A program made the translations under genes and the position numbers. Positions 41,272 through 50,624 of a stretch of 64,000 nt of DNA are shown in pieces (position 1 is the first letter of the stretch; every line of letters begins with the position of its first letter). Source of the DNA: Mycobacteriales bacterium. Lineage in GTDB: Bacteria > Actinomycetota > Actinomycetes > JADGOV01. The DNA is taken from NCBI GenBank assembly GCA_038232055.1, contig JBBSIN010000003.1, positions 6,339 through 70,338 of the forward strand. Direction: 5' to 3'. Under the pieces are notes generated by a model that saw only the letters and a program-made list of their open reading frames with translations, had not been told where the DNA came from and did not search any database.

Positions 41272-42141
41272 ATGAGCACCACCGGCACTCTCGTCACGGT
41301 TGCGCCCACCGGCGCCGAGACGGCGAAGGCCGACGTACCGGCGCTTCCGGTCACGCTCGACGAGCTCGTCGCCACGGCCCGCGCCTGTGAGAGCGCTGGC
41401 GCGGCGATGATTCACATCCACCTCCGGGACGACGAGGCGCAGCCGACTCTCGACGTGGAGCGTGCCCGCGACGTCGTCGCCGCGGTTCGGGAGTCGACGA
41501 ACCTCCTCGTTCAGCTCTCGACAGGTGGCGCGGTCACCGACCCCGAGTCGGCGCGGCTCCGCGTGCTCGACGCGGAACCGGATTCCGCGAGCCTGTCGTG
41601 CGGCAGCGTCAACTTCGGCGACGACGTGTTCCTCAACCGTTGGCCGTTCATGGTGGAGCTGCACCAACGCATGCAGGAGCGCGAGGTCGTTCCGGAGTAC
41701 GAGCTGTTCGACATCGGCCACGTCGCCGCATTGCGCCGGCTGCTCGACCGACACGGCCTCCCGTACGGCGGGCACGTGCACTGCGATCTCGTGATGGGCG
41801 TGCCGGGTGGCATGCCCGGGACGACCGCGGCGCTCGTGGCCGCGGTGCAACTGCTACCCGAAGGCGCGACGTGGTCTGCGACCGGAGTGGGCCGTACGTC
41901 GATCCCGGTCGCGCTCGCGGCGCTCTCCGCCGGCGGGCACCTTCGGGTCGGCATGGAGGACACTCTGACGTTCGCGCCCCGTCAGCCAGTGCAAGACAAC
42001 GTGCAGCTGGTCGAGCGCGCGGCAACGCTCGCGAGGATGGCGCAACGGTCGCCGCTGTCCCCCGACGAGGCGCGCGGCGTACTGAAGACCAAGGACCGTC
42101 GACCGACATTTGTGGCCAGCGGACAGGGAGCGAAACCATGA
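41272..42141 (+). CDS. 3-keto-5-aminohexanoate cleavage enzyme family (BKACE/DUF849)
   Basis: LVTVAPTGAE..PVTLDELVATARACESAGAAMIHIHLRD..QLSTGG..VNFGD are typical BKACE TIM-barrel motifs. Confidence 0.8.
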   Translation: MSTTGTLVTVAPTGAETAKADVPALPVTLDELVATARACESAGAAMIHIHLRDDEAQPTLDVERARDVVAAVRESTNLLVQLSTGGAVTDPESARLRVLDAEPDSASLSCGSVNFGDDVFLNRWPFMVELHQRMQEREVVPEYELFDIGHVAALRRLLDRHGLPYGGHVHCDLVMGVPGGMPGTTAALVAAVQLLPEGATWSATGVGRTSIPVALAALSAGGHLRVGMEDTLTFAPRQPVQDNVQLVERAATLARMAQRSPLSPDEARGVLKTKDRRPTFVASGQGAKP

Positions 42142-42680
42142 CGAGCATGACCGAGGGCAACCGGCGCATCGATCGGGTTCTCGACGAGAACTATCTCAGG
42201 GAGCTCAGCACACTGCCGATCGCGGAGGTGCGGTCGCTGCGCGACGAGGCCGAGCAGGAGGAGACGGACGTCTCCTACCTGCGCCGGATGCTCCAGGGCC
42301 GCATCGACATCCTGCGCGCGGAGCTGGAGCGGCGGTCCGGCCCCGACAGCGGTGGTCTGGTCGACTCGCTGCCCCGCATCCTCGCCGACGAGCCGCGCAA
42401 CAACGCCCGCGGCCTCGGCAGGTACAGCTCCGCCGAGCCCTCCCGCGTCGACGCGCATCGCCGCCGGATCGAGGCGCTGGTGGCCGACGTCGACCTCGAC
42501 GACGTGACCGCGCGGACGGAGGACGAGCTGCGACGCACGCTCGACATCTTCGTGGAGCAGGAGCGCGGCCAGTCGGACAAGCGCCGTGCCGTGCAGCAGG
42601 TCGTCGACGCGTGCAGCGCCGAGATAGCCCGGCGCTACCGCGACGGCGAAGCCAACGTGGGAGACATCCTCAACCAGTGA
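42138..42680 (+). CDS. rsiG: RsiG-like c-di-GMP-binding anti-sigma factor
   Basis: Two complete E(x3)S(x2)R(x3)Q(x3)D signatures: ETDVSYLRRMLQGRID (nt 42261-42308) and ERGQSDKRRAVQQVVD (nt 42561-42608), on predicted long helices. ATGA-coupled to the BKACE gene. Confidence 0.7.
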   Translation: MTSMTEGNRRIDRVLDENYLRELSTLPIAEVRSLRDEAEQEETDVSYLRRMLQGRIDILRAELERRSGPDSGGLVDSLPRILADEPRNNARGLGRYSSAEPSRVDAHRRRIEALVADVDLDDVTARTEDELRRTLDIFVEQERGQSDKRRAVQQVVDACSAEIARRYRDGEANVGDILNQ

Positions 42681-42690
42681 GAGGCACGGC

Positions 42691-42722
42691 CGAAGGGGGC
42701 GACCGGTCGGCCGCCCCCTTCG
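42691..42722. terminator. GC-rich hairpin between convergent genes (bidirectional terminator candidate)
   Basis: CGAAGGGGGCG (42691-701) pairs with CGCCCCCTTCG (42712-722) around a 10-nt loop. It starts 11 nt after the rsiG stop. Confidence 0.55.
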
Positions 42723-42737
42723 CCGTGCGGTGCTCGG

Positions 42738-43787
42738 TCAGCGGCAGAGCCGGTCCGGGCTGGCGCAGAAGTTGTGGCGGTAGACGTTGTGGCCGCCGCC
42801 CTTGGTGACGATGTCCGCCGGGCCGTTTCTGTAGGCGGTGTTGTTCTCGATGGTGTTGCCGCTCGAGGGACCGCCGCCGAACATCGTGCCGTTGAGCAGC
42901 ACGATGCCGCCTGAGCCGAAACTCTTACCGCGGTTGCCGAGGACGGCATTGTGGCTGACGGTCATGCCCGTTGCCCCCACGAGGACGATGCCGCCGCCCT
43001 GCGTGGGAGGCGCCTCGTCGCTGGGCGGGCAGAACTTGTTGTTGTTCTTCACGCTGTTGTTCCAGATCGCGGCGTTTCCGACGAAGGCCGGGGGTTGCCC
43101 CGCGTTCAGGGCGAGGATGCCGATGCAGTTGCCGTACGCGTTGTTGTAGCCGATGAACGCGCCGCGGGAGTGCCGGTAGAAGATGCCGATACCGTTGTCC
43201 CAGACGTCGTTGCCGATGATCTCACCGGAGTTGTGCGGGGAGTCGCCACTGTAGATGCCGGCCTCGCCGCTCCCGTACGCCGCGTTCTTGATGATGTGGC
43301 TCCACGTGGACTCGAAGCGGGCGATGCCGTACTCGCCGTTGTTCGCAGCCGTGACGTGCTCGACGCTCAGGCCGTTCGTGTACACGCCGATGATGCCGTT
43401 GCCGTGGTAGTTCCGCACCAGCAGCTGGCTGATGTGGGTCTTCTGGACGTAGTGCCTCTTGCTACCGATGACACAGATGCCGTTGCCGCCGTCCTCCGTC
43501 GAGCACGGGTTCTTCGGATCCTTCTTGCCCGGCTGGAGCACGGTGCCGTTCCATGCAGCGCCCGAGCCGCGAATCGTGAGGTTGTCGGTGCGGACGAACA
43601 CGCTCTCCCGGTAGATCCCCGGCTTGACGATGATCGTGTCGCCGGGATGCGCCCGGTTGACGGCCGCCTGGATCGAGTGCCCGGCCGTGACAAAGTGGGT
43701 CGTCGCCGCCGACGCCGGAGCGGCGAGCGCGACCCCGCTGGCCGCGGCCACACAGGCCACTGCGGACATGCTCAACGCACGATTCAT
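42738..43787 (-). CDS. Secreted right-handed parallel beta-helix repeat protein
   Basis: Signal peptide (MNRALSMSAVACVAAASGVALAAPASA). Repeated N/G-rich beta-helix rungs (GNGIIGVY, NNGEYGI, GIFYRHS, GNCIGIL, GGGIVLVG, SGGIVLLNG). Confidence 0.75.
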   Translation of the reverse strand: MNRALSMSAVACVAAASGVALAAPASAATTHFVTAGHSIQAAVNRAHPGDTIIVKPGIYRESVFVRTDNLTIRGSGAAWNGTVLQPGKKDPKNPCSTEDGGNGICVIGSKRHYVQKTHISQLLVRNYHGNGIIGVYTNGLSVEHVTAANNGEYGIARFESTWSHIIKNAAYGSGEAGIYSGDSPHNSGEIIGNDVWDNGIGIFYRHSRGAFIGYNNAYGNCIGILALNAGQPPAFVGNAAIWNNSVKNNNKFCPPSDEAPPTQGGGIVLVGATGMTVSHNAVLGNRGKSFGSGGIVLLNGTMFGGGPSSGNTIENNTAYRNGPADIVTKGGGHNVYRHNFCASPDRLCR

Positions 43788-43893
43788 GGATCCCCCCAAG
43801 GGACGAAACGGGTACAGGTCGGCAGAACTCTAGTCCCATGGTTACCGGCGGGACCGACCTTCTTGCCGAAAAGTAAGATTTCCGACAGTTGCC

Positions 43894-44853
43894 GTGCGGG
43901 AGGACGTCGTCGTGCCGTTGCCTGTGGTCGCCGAGGTCATCCGGTCCGGCTTTGTCGAGGGCCATCACGCCGGATCTGCCGTCGCGCTTCGGCCCGATGG
44001 ATCGCGGGCGCTCGACGTCGGTGAGCCGGATCGGCCCATCTTTCCGCGATCGTCCAGCAAGCCGATTCAGGCGCTCGGCATGGTGCGCTGCGGACTCGAC
44101 CTCGAGCCCGCCCTGCTCGCCGTGGCAACGGCCAGCCACTCCGGCGAACCTCGTCACCTCGAGCTCGTACGCCGGCTGCTGAGCGATTCCGGCCTGGATG
44201 AGTCGGCGCTGCGCAACACGCCGGCTCTGCCGCTGAACGAGGAAGCGGCCCACGCCCACATCAGGGCCGGTCGAGGCAAGGACAGCGTCTCCCAGAACTG
44301 CTCCGGCAAGCACGCCGCCATGCTCGCGACCTGCGTCGTCAACGGGTGGCCGCTCGACTCCTACCTCGACCCCGACCACGCGCTGCAGCGGGCGATCCGG
44401 CAGACGCACGAGGAGGTCGCCGGGGAACCGGTCACGGCGACCGCGGTCGACGGCTGCGGCGCTCCTCAGTTCGCGATCTCGCTGACCGGATTAGCCCGCG
44501 CCTTCGCTAGGCTCACGACCGCCGAGAGCGGCACCCCCGAACGCCGGGTGGCCGACGCGATGTCTGCCCATCCCGACGTCGTCGGGGGCTCCGGTCGCGA
44601 CGTGACCCGGCTCATGCAGTCGGTGCCCGGCCTCGTGGCCAAGGACGGTGCGGAGGCGGTGTACGCCGCCGCGACCGCCACCGGCGCGGCGGCTGCCGTG
44701 AAGATCGACGACGGCGGCGACCGGGCGCGCGTGCCGCTGCTCGTGGTCGCCCTGCGCGCCTTGGGTCTCGAGGCGCCGGTGCTCGACGAGCTGGCCACCA
44801 CACCCGTCTGGGGCGGTGGCCGACGCGTCGGCGAGGTCCGGGTGACGGTCTGA
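43894..44853 (+). CDS. Asparaginase (Asparaginase_II family)
   Basis: VEGHHAGSAV..IFPRSSSKPIQAL..ASHSGE..NCSGKHAAMLATC motifs. Confidence 0.8.
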   Translation: MREDVVVPLPVVAEVIRSGFVEGHHAGSAVALRPDGSRALDVGEPDRPIFPRSSSKPIQALGMVRCGLDLEPALLAVATASHSGEPRHLELVRRLLSDSGLDESALRNTPALPLNEEAAHAHIRAGRGKDSVSQNCSGKHAAMLATCVVNGWPLDSYLDPDHALQRAIRQTHEEVAGEPVTATAVDGCGAPQFAISLTGLARAFARLTTAESGTPERRVADAMSAHPDVVGGSGRDVTRLMQSVPGLVAKDGAEAVYAAATATGAAAAVKIDDGGDRARVPLLVVALRALGLEAPVLDELATTPVWGGGRRVGEVRVTV

Positions 44854-44952
44854 CGGCCGGCGCGCACACCGTGCAGTCCGGTAAGTGCTCCGGCATGTAC
44901 CGGACTCCACACCGACTGGTTCTGCGTCGCTGGCCGTCGCGAGGAGGATGAC

Positions 44953-45345
44953 GTGGCAAAGATCAGTTTCGGGGACCTGGGCGACTACATCCGCGAGCAG
45001 CGCAACGCCGCGGAGATCTCGCTGCGGCAGCTGGCGAAGCTGGCCGGGGTCTCCAACCCCTACCTCAGCCAGGTCGAGCGCGGCCTGCGGCGCCCGAGCG
45101 CGGAGATCCTGGCGCAGGTCGCCAGGGGACTGCGGATCTCCGCCGAGGCGCTCTACGTGCAGGCCGGCATCCTCGAGGAGCGGCACGGCGACATGACCGT
45201 TCCGGTGGCGGTGCTGTCGGATCCGGCGCTCAACGAGCGGCAGAAGCAGGTCGTGCTGGAGATCTACGAGTCGTTCCGCCGGGAGAACCACGATCGAACG
45301 TCGACCAACCCAGATGAGGCCGCGCCCGACAGCGCGACGGACTGA
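44953..45345 (+). CDS. XRE-family helix-turn-helix regulator (Rv0474-like)
   Basis: ISLRQLAKLAGVSNPYLSQVERGLRRPSAEILAQVARGL HTH_3 motif. Confidence 0.8.
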   Translation: MAKISFGDLGDYIREQRNAAEISLRQLAKLAGVSNPYLSQVERGLRRPSAEILAQVARGLRISAEALYVQAGILEERHGDMTVPVAVLSDPALNERQKQVVLEIYESFRRENHDRTSTNPDEAAPDSATD

Positions 45346-45369
45346 GCGGCACGCCGTACGCTGGTCGAC

Positions 45370-45663
45370 GTGGTGCGCAACCTCGTCCTCGGGCCGCTCA
45401 ACGGGATCTTCCTGCTCCTCAACATCGCCGTGTTCGGCGTCAAGATCGTCGCGCTGGTCGACGCCGCGGTCCGGCCGCAGCGGGTCTGGCGGGCCGCGGT
45501 CACCCAGTCGAAGGGACTCTGGCTGGCGATCCTGGCGCTCGCGCTGCTGTTCGGCGGGCTCGGGTTACTCGGCATCGCCGCGTTGGTTGCGACGATCTTC
45601 TATTTCGTCGACGTGCGACCCAAGCTGATGGAGATGCAGGGACGCGGCCGCTCCCGCTACTGA
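45370..45663 (+). CDS. DUF2516 family membrane protein
   Basis: LLLNIAVFGVKIVALVDA..WLAILALALLFGGLGLLGIAALVATIFYFVDVRPKL. Confidence 0.7.
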   Translation: MVRNLVLGPLNGIFLLLNIAVFGVKIVALVDAAVRPQRVWRAAVTQSKGLWLAILALALLFGGLGLLGIAALVATIFYFVDVRPKLMEMQGRGRSRY

Positions 45664-45744
45664 CCCGGGTGCTCAGGTGACCCGGGTGCTCAGTTTGACC
45701 CGGTGCTCAGGTGAACCGGGTGCTCAGTTTGACCTGGTGCTCAG
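45661..45744. repeat. Five tandem copies of a ~17-nt unit TGACCCGGGTGCTCAG(G/TT)
   Basis: Units lie at 45661-77, 45678-95, 45696-711, 45712-29 and 45730-44. Copy 1 contains the DUF2516 stop (TGA). Copy 5 contains the stop (TCA complement) of the convergent gene. The two intact copies (1 and 2) carry the palindrome ACCCGGGT. Confidence 0.9.
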
Positions 45745-45983
45745 TGGCCCGGCGGCATGGAGATCGCCTCCGGCGCGATGCCGTCCGCCGGTTCCTGGCC
45801 CACCCAGGCGAAGACGATCGCCGGCTCCTCGTTGCCCCGGACGTGCTCCGTCTCCTCCGTCGCCTCGTAGACGTCGAGCAGCCCGGGCGCGTCGGAGGGC
45901 GAGTACAGGCGGGTCACCTCGGCGGCGACCTCGGTGGTCTCTGCGTCGCGGGAGCCGCCGTGCAGCACCACCGTGACGGCCAT
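45741..45983 (-). CDS. Small acidic hypothetical protein (80 aa)
   Basis: MAVTVVLHGGSRDAETTEVAAEVTRLYSPSDAPGLLDVYEATEETEHVRGNEEPAIVFAWVGQEP.. has coding-like composition. I recognise no family. Confidence 0.4.
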   Translation of the reverse strand: MAVTVVLHGGSRDAETTEVAAEVTRLYSPSDAPGLLDVYEATEETEHVRGNEEPAIVFAWVGQEPADGIAPEAISMPPGH

Positions 45984-46026
45984 CAGTGCGCCCTGCTGTG
46001 CGGTGCGATGTCCATAGGACCATAGG

Positions 46027-46767
46027 TTGCCAGGTATGGGCACCGACCTCCACGGGCGTACCGCCCGACTCGAACTCGCCGACGCGACTCTGCGCGAGTG
46101 GGATGCCACGGTCCTGGACGCCACTGCCGACGGCATCGTGCTCGACCGCTCGGCCTTCTATCCCGGCGGCGGCGGCCAGCCGCCGGATTCCGGGGTGCTG
46201 CTCTGGGGTGGCGTCCAGACGCGCATCGAAGGTGTACGACGCGGCGATGACGTGCTCCTGGTCCCCGCTGACGGCGATCCGGTGCCGCCGCCGGGCACCG
46301 CGGTGCGCGGCGCCGTCGAGGACGAGCGGCGTACGGCGCTGATGCGCACCCAGTCCGCTCTGCACCTGCTTGCCGGCGTCGTCTTCCGCGACTTCGGCGC
46401 GCTGGTGACCGGCGGCAACATGGAGCCACTGAGCGCACGGATGGACTTCGACCTGCCCGAGATCCCGGCGGATTTCAAGGACCGCATTGCCGAGGCGTGC
46501 GCGACGGAAGTGGCGGCCGACCGGCGCATCGACGTCCGGGTGTTGCCCCGCGACGAGGCTTTCCGCATCCCGGACCTGATTCGCACGGCGACCGATCTGC
46601 TGCCGCCCGGACTCGATGAGGTGCGGATCGTCGACATCGTGGGCCTCGACACGCAGGCGGACGGCGGGACGCACGTCGCGTCCACCCGCCAGATCGGCGG
46701 CATCGAGATCGTCAAGGTGGAGAACAAGGGCAAGGCCAACCGCCGGCTACGGGTGCGCCTGCCCTGA
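46027..46767 (+). CDS. AlaX-type alanyl-tRNA editing domain protein (COG2872-like) with altered zinc ligands
   Basis: FYPGGGGQP, MRTQSALHLL and DGGTHVASTRQIGGIEIVKVENKGKANRRLRV align to AlaX/ThrRS-SAD motifs. However, HxxxH reads QxxxH and CxxxH reads DxxxH. Confidence 0.75.
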   Translation: MPGMGTDLHGRTARLELADATLREWDATVLDATADGIVLDRSAFYPGGGGQPPDSGVLLWGGVQTRIEGVRRGDDVLLVPADGDPVPPPGTAVRGAVEDERRTALMRTQSALHLLAGVVFRDFGALVTGGNMEPLSARMDFDLPEIPADFKDRIAEACATEVAADRRIDVRVLPRDEAFRIPDLIRTATDLLPPGLDEVRIVDIVGLDTQADGGTHVASTRQIGGIEIVKVENKGKANRRLRVRLP

Positions 46768-46820
46768 ACACGAGCCGCTGGCCCTTCGGTGGCGGTCCCG
46801 GTACCGGGTAGGTAGCCCGG

Positions 46821-47339
46821 GTGGAGATTCGGCTCACCAAGGGCGACATCACGCGGCAGTCGGCGGATGCCATCGTCAACGCGGCCAACTCGTCGCTGCT
46901 CGGCGGTGGTGGCGTCGACGGCGCGATACACCGGCGGGGCGGGCCGGCGATCCTCGAGGAGTGCCGGGAGCTGCGGCGTACGACGCTCCCTGACGGCCTC
47001 CCCACGGGCCAGGCGGTCGCCACGACAGCGGGGGAGCTGCCGGCGCAGTGGGTGATCCACGTCGTCGGACCGGTGTACGCCAAGCGGGAGGACCGGTCGC
47101 ACCTGCTCGCATCGTGTTACCGCGAGGCGCTCCGGGTCGCCGACCGGCTCGGCGCGCGCACCGTCGCCTTTCCCGCGGTGTCCGCCGGCGTCTACGGCTG
47201 GCCCATCAACGCCGCCGCTCGCGTCGCCATCGAGACGTTGCGCGCCACCCGCACGTCGGTGGAGGAGGCGGTATTCGTGCTCCTTGCCGACGCGGCGTAC
47301 GCCGCCTTTACGGCCGTGCTCGCAGCCGTTCAGAAGTGA
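46821..47339 (+). CDS. Macro domain protein (O-acetyl-ADP-ribose deacetylase, YmdB-like)
   Basis: GDITRQSADAIVNAANSSLLGGGGVDGAIHRRGG..VIHVVGP..FPAVSAGVYGWP. Confidence 0.9.
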   Translation: MEIRLTKGDITRQSADAIVNAANSSLLGGGGVDGAIHRRGGPAILEECRELRRTTLPDGLPTGQAVATTAGELPAQWVIHVVGPVYAKREDRSHLLASCYREALRVADRLGARTVAFPAVSAGVYGWPINAAARVAIETLRATRTSVEEAVFVLLADAAYAAFTAVLAAVQK

Positions 47340-48085
47340 ACCCGCTCCCGCCAGGCGGTGAGCAGGCGCCGGTCGCCCTCGACCCGGCAGCCCTCGCAGT
47401 CGGCACGGTTGTAGAGCAGCAGCAGCAGCTCCGCTGCCCGGCCGCTGACGGTGACGTCGACGTCGCCGTCGCCCGGGCCGCGAGCGACCGACAGCGCGGC
47501 AGGAGCGAGCTCGCACGTCCACTGCGCCGCCGCGTCGGTGGCGTCGAGGTGGAGTACGCCCGCCACGCCCGCCACGCCCGCCACGCCCGCCGAGCCCTTG
47601 GCGAAGAACCGCGGTGCCATGGCGTCGAAGACCTCGTCGATCCCGTCGACGGCGAGGTCCATGTCGATGGGCTGCAGCACCTCATGGGCCAGCTGGGTGT
47701 CGATCCGGTGGATCAACGACTCATGCGCCATCCGCCGAGCCCAGAACCCGGCGACGTTGGGCTGCACCGACCAGTTCCATACCGGCGCGTGGGCGCCGAT
47801 CTCGGTGAGCGCCGTGACGACCTCGTCGAGGCCGTCGAGGAAGTAGCCGACCGCGTCGGCACCGTCGGCGGCGCGGGCCGGCCGGGCGGGGGCTGCCATC
47901 GCGCGAGTCACGAGGATCTCGGTGACGAAGCGGTAGACCCGGCCGGTGTGCAGGAGCAGCCGACCGACGTCCCAGCCGGGACACGTGGGCACCGCCGCGT
48001 CGACGCCGAGGCCGCCCGCGGCGGCCAGCGCCTCGCCCTCGCGACGTACTGCCGTGACGAGCTCTGGGTACGACGGGGCGGACAT
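47330..48085 (-). CDS. Maleylpyruvate isomerase family mycothiol-dependent enzyme (DinB/MDMPI_N)
   Basis: PTCPGWDVGRLLLHTGRVYRF..HESLIHRIDTQLA. It contains an in-frame (GVA)n repeat. Confidence 0.75.
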   Translation of the reverse strand: MSAPSYPELVTAVRREGEALAAAGGLGVDAAVPTCPGWDVGRLLLHTGRVYRFVTEILVTRAMAAPARPARAADGADAVGYFLDGLDEVVTALTEIGAHAPVWNWSVQPNVAGFWARRMAHESLIHRIDTQLAHEVLQPIDMDLAVDGIDEVFDAMAPRFFAKGSAGVAGVAGVAGVLHLDATDAAAQWTCELAPAALSVARGPGDGDVDVTVSGRAAELLLLLYNRADCEGCRVEGDRRLLTAWRERVHF

Positions 48086-48089
48086 GTGA

Positions 48090-48830
48090 CTACTCCTCGC
48101 GGTCGACCTTGTGCTGAGCCGCCTGGGCTCGGGGCTTGAGCACGAGCAGGTCGACGTCGACGTGCGGCGGCCGGGTCACCACCCACTCGACGCAGTCGGC
48201 GACGTCGTCAGCGGTGAGCGGCTTCCGTACGCCGGCGTAGACCGCCTCCGCCCGGGAGCTGTCGCCGCCGAAGCGTCGCAGGGAGAACTCGGGAGTCTTG
48301 ACCATGCCGGGGGCGATCTCCGTGACCCGGACCGGCCGCCCGCACAGCTCGAGCCGAAGCGTCTCGGTCAGTGCCGCCAGCCCGTGCTTCGCCGCCGTGT
48401 AGCCGCCACCGCCCTCGTACACGATGTGGCCGGCGGTCGAGCCCATGTTGACCACCAGACCGTCACCACTCGCGATAAGGCGGGGCAGCAGGGCGCGCGT
48501 CACGCGCAGCACGCCGAGGACGTTGACGTCGTACATGGCCCGCCAGTCCTCGACCGAAGCCTCCGCGATCGGGTCCAGCCCGATCGCGCCGCCAGCGTTG
48601 TTCACCAGAACGGCGCAGTCGGGTACCGCCGACGTGAAGGCCGCGACGGACTCCTCCGAGGTGACATCGAGCGCCGCCGCGCGGCACCCGGTCTCGGCGG
48701 CCAGTTCCTCCAGGCGATCGAGGCGGCGGGCGCCGGCGACGACGTGGAAACCGGCTGCCGTCAGGCGGCGTACGGTCGCGGCGCCGATGCCGCTGCTCGC
48801 TCCGGTCACAACGGCGGTACGGCGCTCCAT
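48090..48830 (-). CDS. SDR family oxidoreductase
   Basis: TAVVTGASSGIGAAT, NNAG and YTAAKHG catalytic motifs. Confidence 0.9.
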   Translation of the reverse strand: MERRTAVVTGASSGIGAATVRRLTAAGFHVVAGARRLDRLEELAAETGCRAAALDVTSEESVAAFTSAVPDCAVLVNNAGGAIGLDPIAEASVEDWRAMYDVNVLGVLRVTRALLPRLIASGDGLVVNMGSTAGHIVYEGGGGYTAAKHGLAALTETLRLELCGRPVRVTEIAPGMVKTPEFSLRRFGGDSSRAEAVYAGVRKPLTADDVADCVEWVVTRPPHVDVDLLVLKPRAQAAQHKVDREE

Positions 48831-48915
48831 GTCGACAGCCTAGGGAAGCAGGAGAAGAGAACTCGACGCCGAAGACCAAAGGGGCCAAACTACTGTCGTC
48901 GTCGAGGAGGATCTC

Positions 48916-50511
48916 ATGGGCCGTCGTCTGCTTCCGCTCGGCATCGGCATCGCCGCCGCCGCCACCCTCGCCGCGGTGGCCGGCCCGAGCGTGGCGAGCA
49001 CCACCGCTCGACCGACCTTTCACACGCCGAGTCGCGCTGACGACCCGCGCATCGGCACCGGGACGTACGTGAACGAGCCGGCCACGGTCGTCGGCGCGGA
49101 CGGCACCCGCTACGTCGCCTACCAGCGAGACAGCCAACTCTCCTACACCCGCACCGGCGGCCGGACCTGGGACCACCCGGGCGGTGCGGACATCCTGAGC
49201 CGGAACGTGTCCGGCTGCACCAGCCTCAGCGACGTCGGTGACGTCGAGCTCGCCGCCGACAACAAGGGCGGTGTCTACCTCACCGACCTCCAGGTCACCG
49301 CTGGCGCCGAGGTGGACAACGGCATCCAGCCGATCGTCGGCAAGAGCATGGACGGGTTCCGGCACTACAGCGGCACGTGCGCTGCGCACCAACCGGCGAG
49401 CGTCGACCGCGAGTGGATGGCGGCGTACGTCGGGCCCGGCAAGACCAGTGCGCAGGCCGACGTCTACCTGAGCTACCACGACTTCGGGCCCAACTTCATC
49501 TCGGTCAACGCCTCCCACGACGGTGGCAAGACCTTTGGGCTGCCGGTCCCGGTGGTCGACAACCCGGCCGCGGTGAACGCCAGCGGGTGCGACACGGTCC
49601 CCGCCGGCACGGCGGTCGACCCGCGCAACGGCTGGGTCTACGTCGCCTGGACCTCGGGCGACAACCCCGGGAGCAACGCGGCGACCGGCTGCAATTACAC
49701 CCAGGGCACGGTCTTCAACAAGTTCTGGGTGGCGGTGTCGAAGGACGGTGGTCGGACGTTCACCACCTCGCTGGCCACGCAGGGTCCGCCCAGCACGGCG
49801 ACCGCGCCCGACGACATGAGCGAGATCTTCGGCTCGATCGCGGTCGACCGGTCGGGCGGCGTCTACATCTCGTTCCCGGCCTTTCTGCGCGGGGAGTACG
49901 ACGCGTTCTACGCCTACTCGCCGCCGGCCGGCACGGCCGGCGCCCTGCACTTCCGGTCACCTGTGAAGATCAACACCACCGCGTCGAAGACGGCGTACTT
50001 CACCCGCATCACCGCTGGCACCAAGGGCCGGATCGCGGTCATCTACCTCGGGTCGCCGGTGCGCAACGTCGAGGCGACGGCACAGAACAAGCTGACGTAC
50101 GACGGCAGCGACCCCACCACGCCGAACTGCACCCCCGAGGTGAGTGACCCGGGTGGACACGGCGCCCGGTTCCTGGGCAAGCCGTGCCAGCTGCCGGCTA
50201 CCGCGAAGTGGTATCTGTACTTGGCGCAGTCGCTCAACGCGGCTGGCAGCGCGCCGACGTTCACCACCACGACGATGCGCACGGCCGCCGTGCACACCGG
50301 CGACATCTGCACCCTGGGCATCTTCTGCCTCGGTAACGACAACCGGGACATCGCCGACACCAACGACGTCAAGATCGACCGGACCGGCGGCGCGCAGGTG
50401 GCCTACACCTACGAGACGCCCGACGGCAAACACACCGAGATCGACTTCCAGTGCCAGCAGGGTGGTCCGGGACTGATCGCCGGCGTCACCGTGAAGGACT
50501 GCCAGGGCTGA
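48916..50511 (+). CDS. Secreted BNR/Asp-box repeat (sialidase-like beta-propeller) protein
   Basis: Signal peptide and Asp-box motifs [18 protein letters not shown] and SKDGGRTF. Confidence 0.7.
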   Translation: MGRRLLPLGIGIAAAATLAAVAGPSVASTTARPTFHTPSRADDPRIGTGTYVNEPATVVGADGTRYVAYQRDSQLSYTRTGGRTWDHPGGADILSRNVSGCTSLSDVGDVELAADNKGGVYLTDLQVTAGAEVDNGIQPIVGKSMDGFRHYSGTCAAHQPASVDREWMAAYVGPGKTSAQADVYLSYHDFGPNFISVNASHDGGKTFGLPVPVVDNPAAVNASGCDTVPAGTAVDPRNGWVYVAWTSGDNPGSNAATGCNYTQGTVFNKFWVAVSKDGGRTFTTSLATQGPPSTATAPDDMSEIFGSIAVDRSGGVYISFPAFLRGEYDAFYAYSPPAGTAGALHFRSPVKINTTASKTAYFTRITAGTKGRIAVIYLGSPVRNVEATAQNKLTYDGSDPTTPNCTPEVSDPGGHGARFLGKPCQLPATAKWYLYLAQSLNAAGSAPTFTTTTMRTAAVHTGDICTLGIFCLGNDNRDIADTNDVKIDRTGGAQVAYTYETPDGKHTEIDFQCQQGGPGLIAGVTVKDCQG

Positions 50512-50624
50512 CCAACCGCACTGCCGCCGCAGGCTGCCCGAACCAGTCGGGAAGTCGGGCCGGCGATCCGGCCGGGAATCGGAGCCGGCCGGCGCCGGTT
50601 GCCGTTCGGCGTGGAGGTGGCTTC

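Noticed and set aside
46158-50000. Long antisense ORFs 46158-47522 (454 aa) and 48463-49950 (495 aa)
   Set aside because: They overlap four or five recognisable genes on the other strand or frame (alaX, macro domain, SDR, BNR protein). Their composition is Arg/Gly-rich and they carry no motifs.
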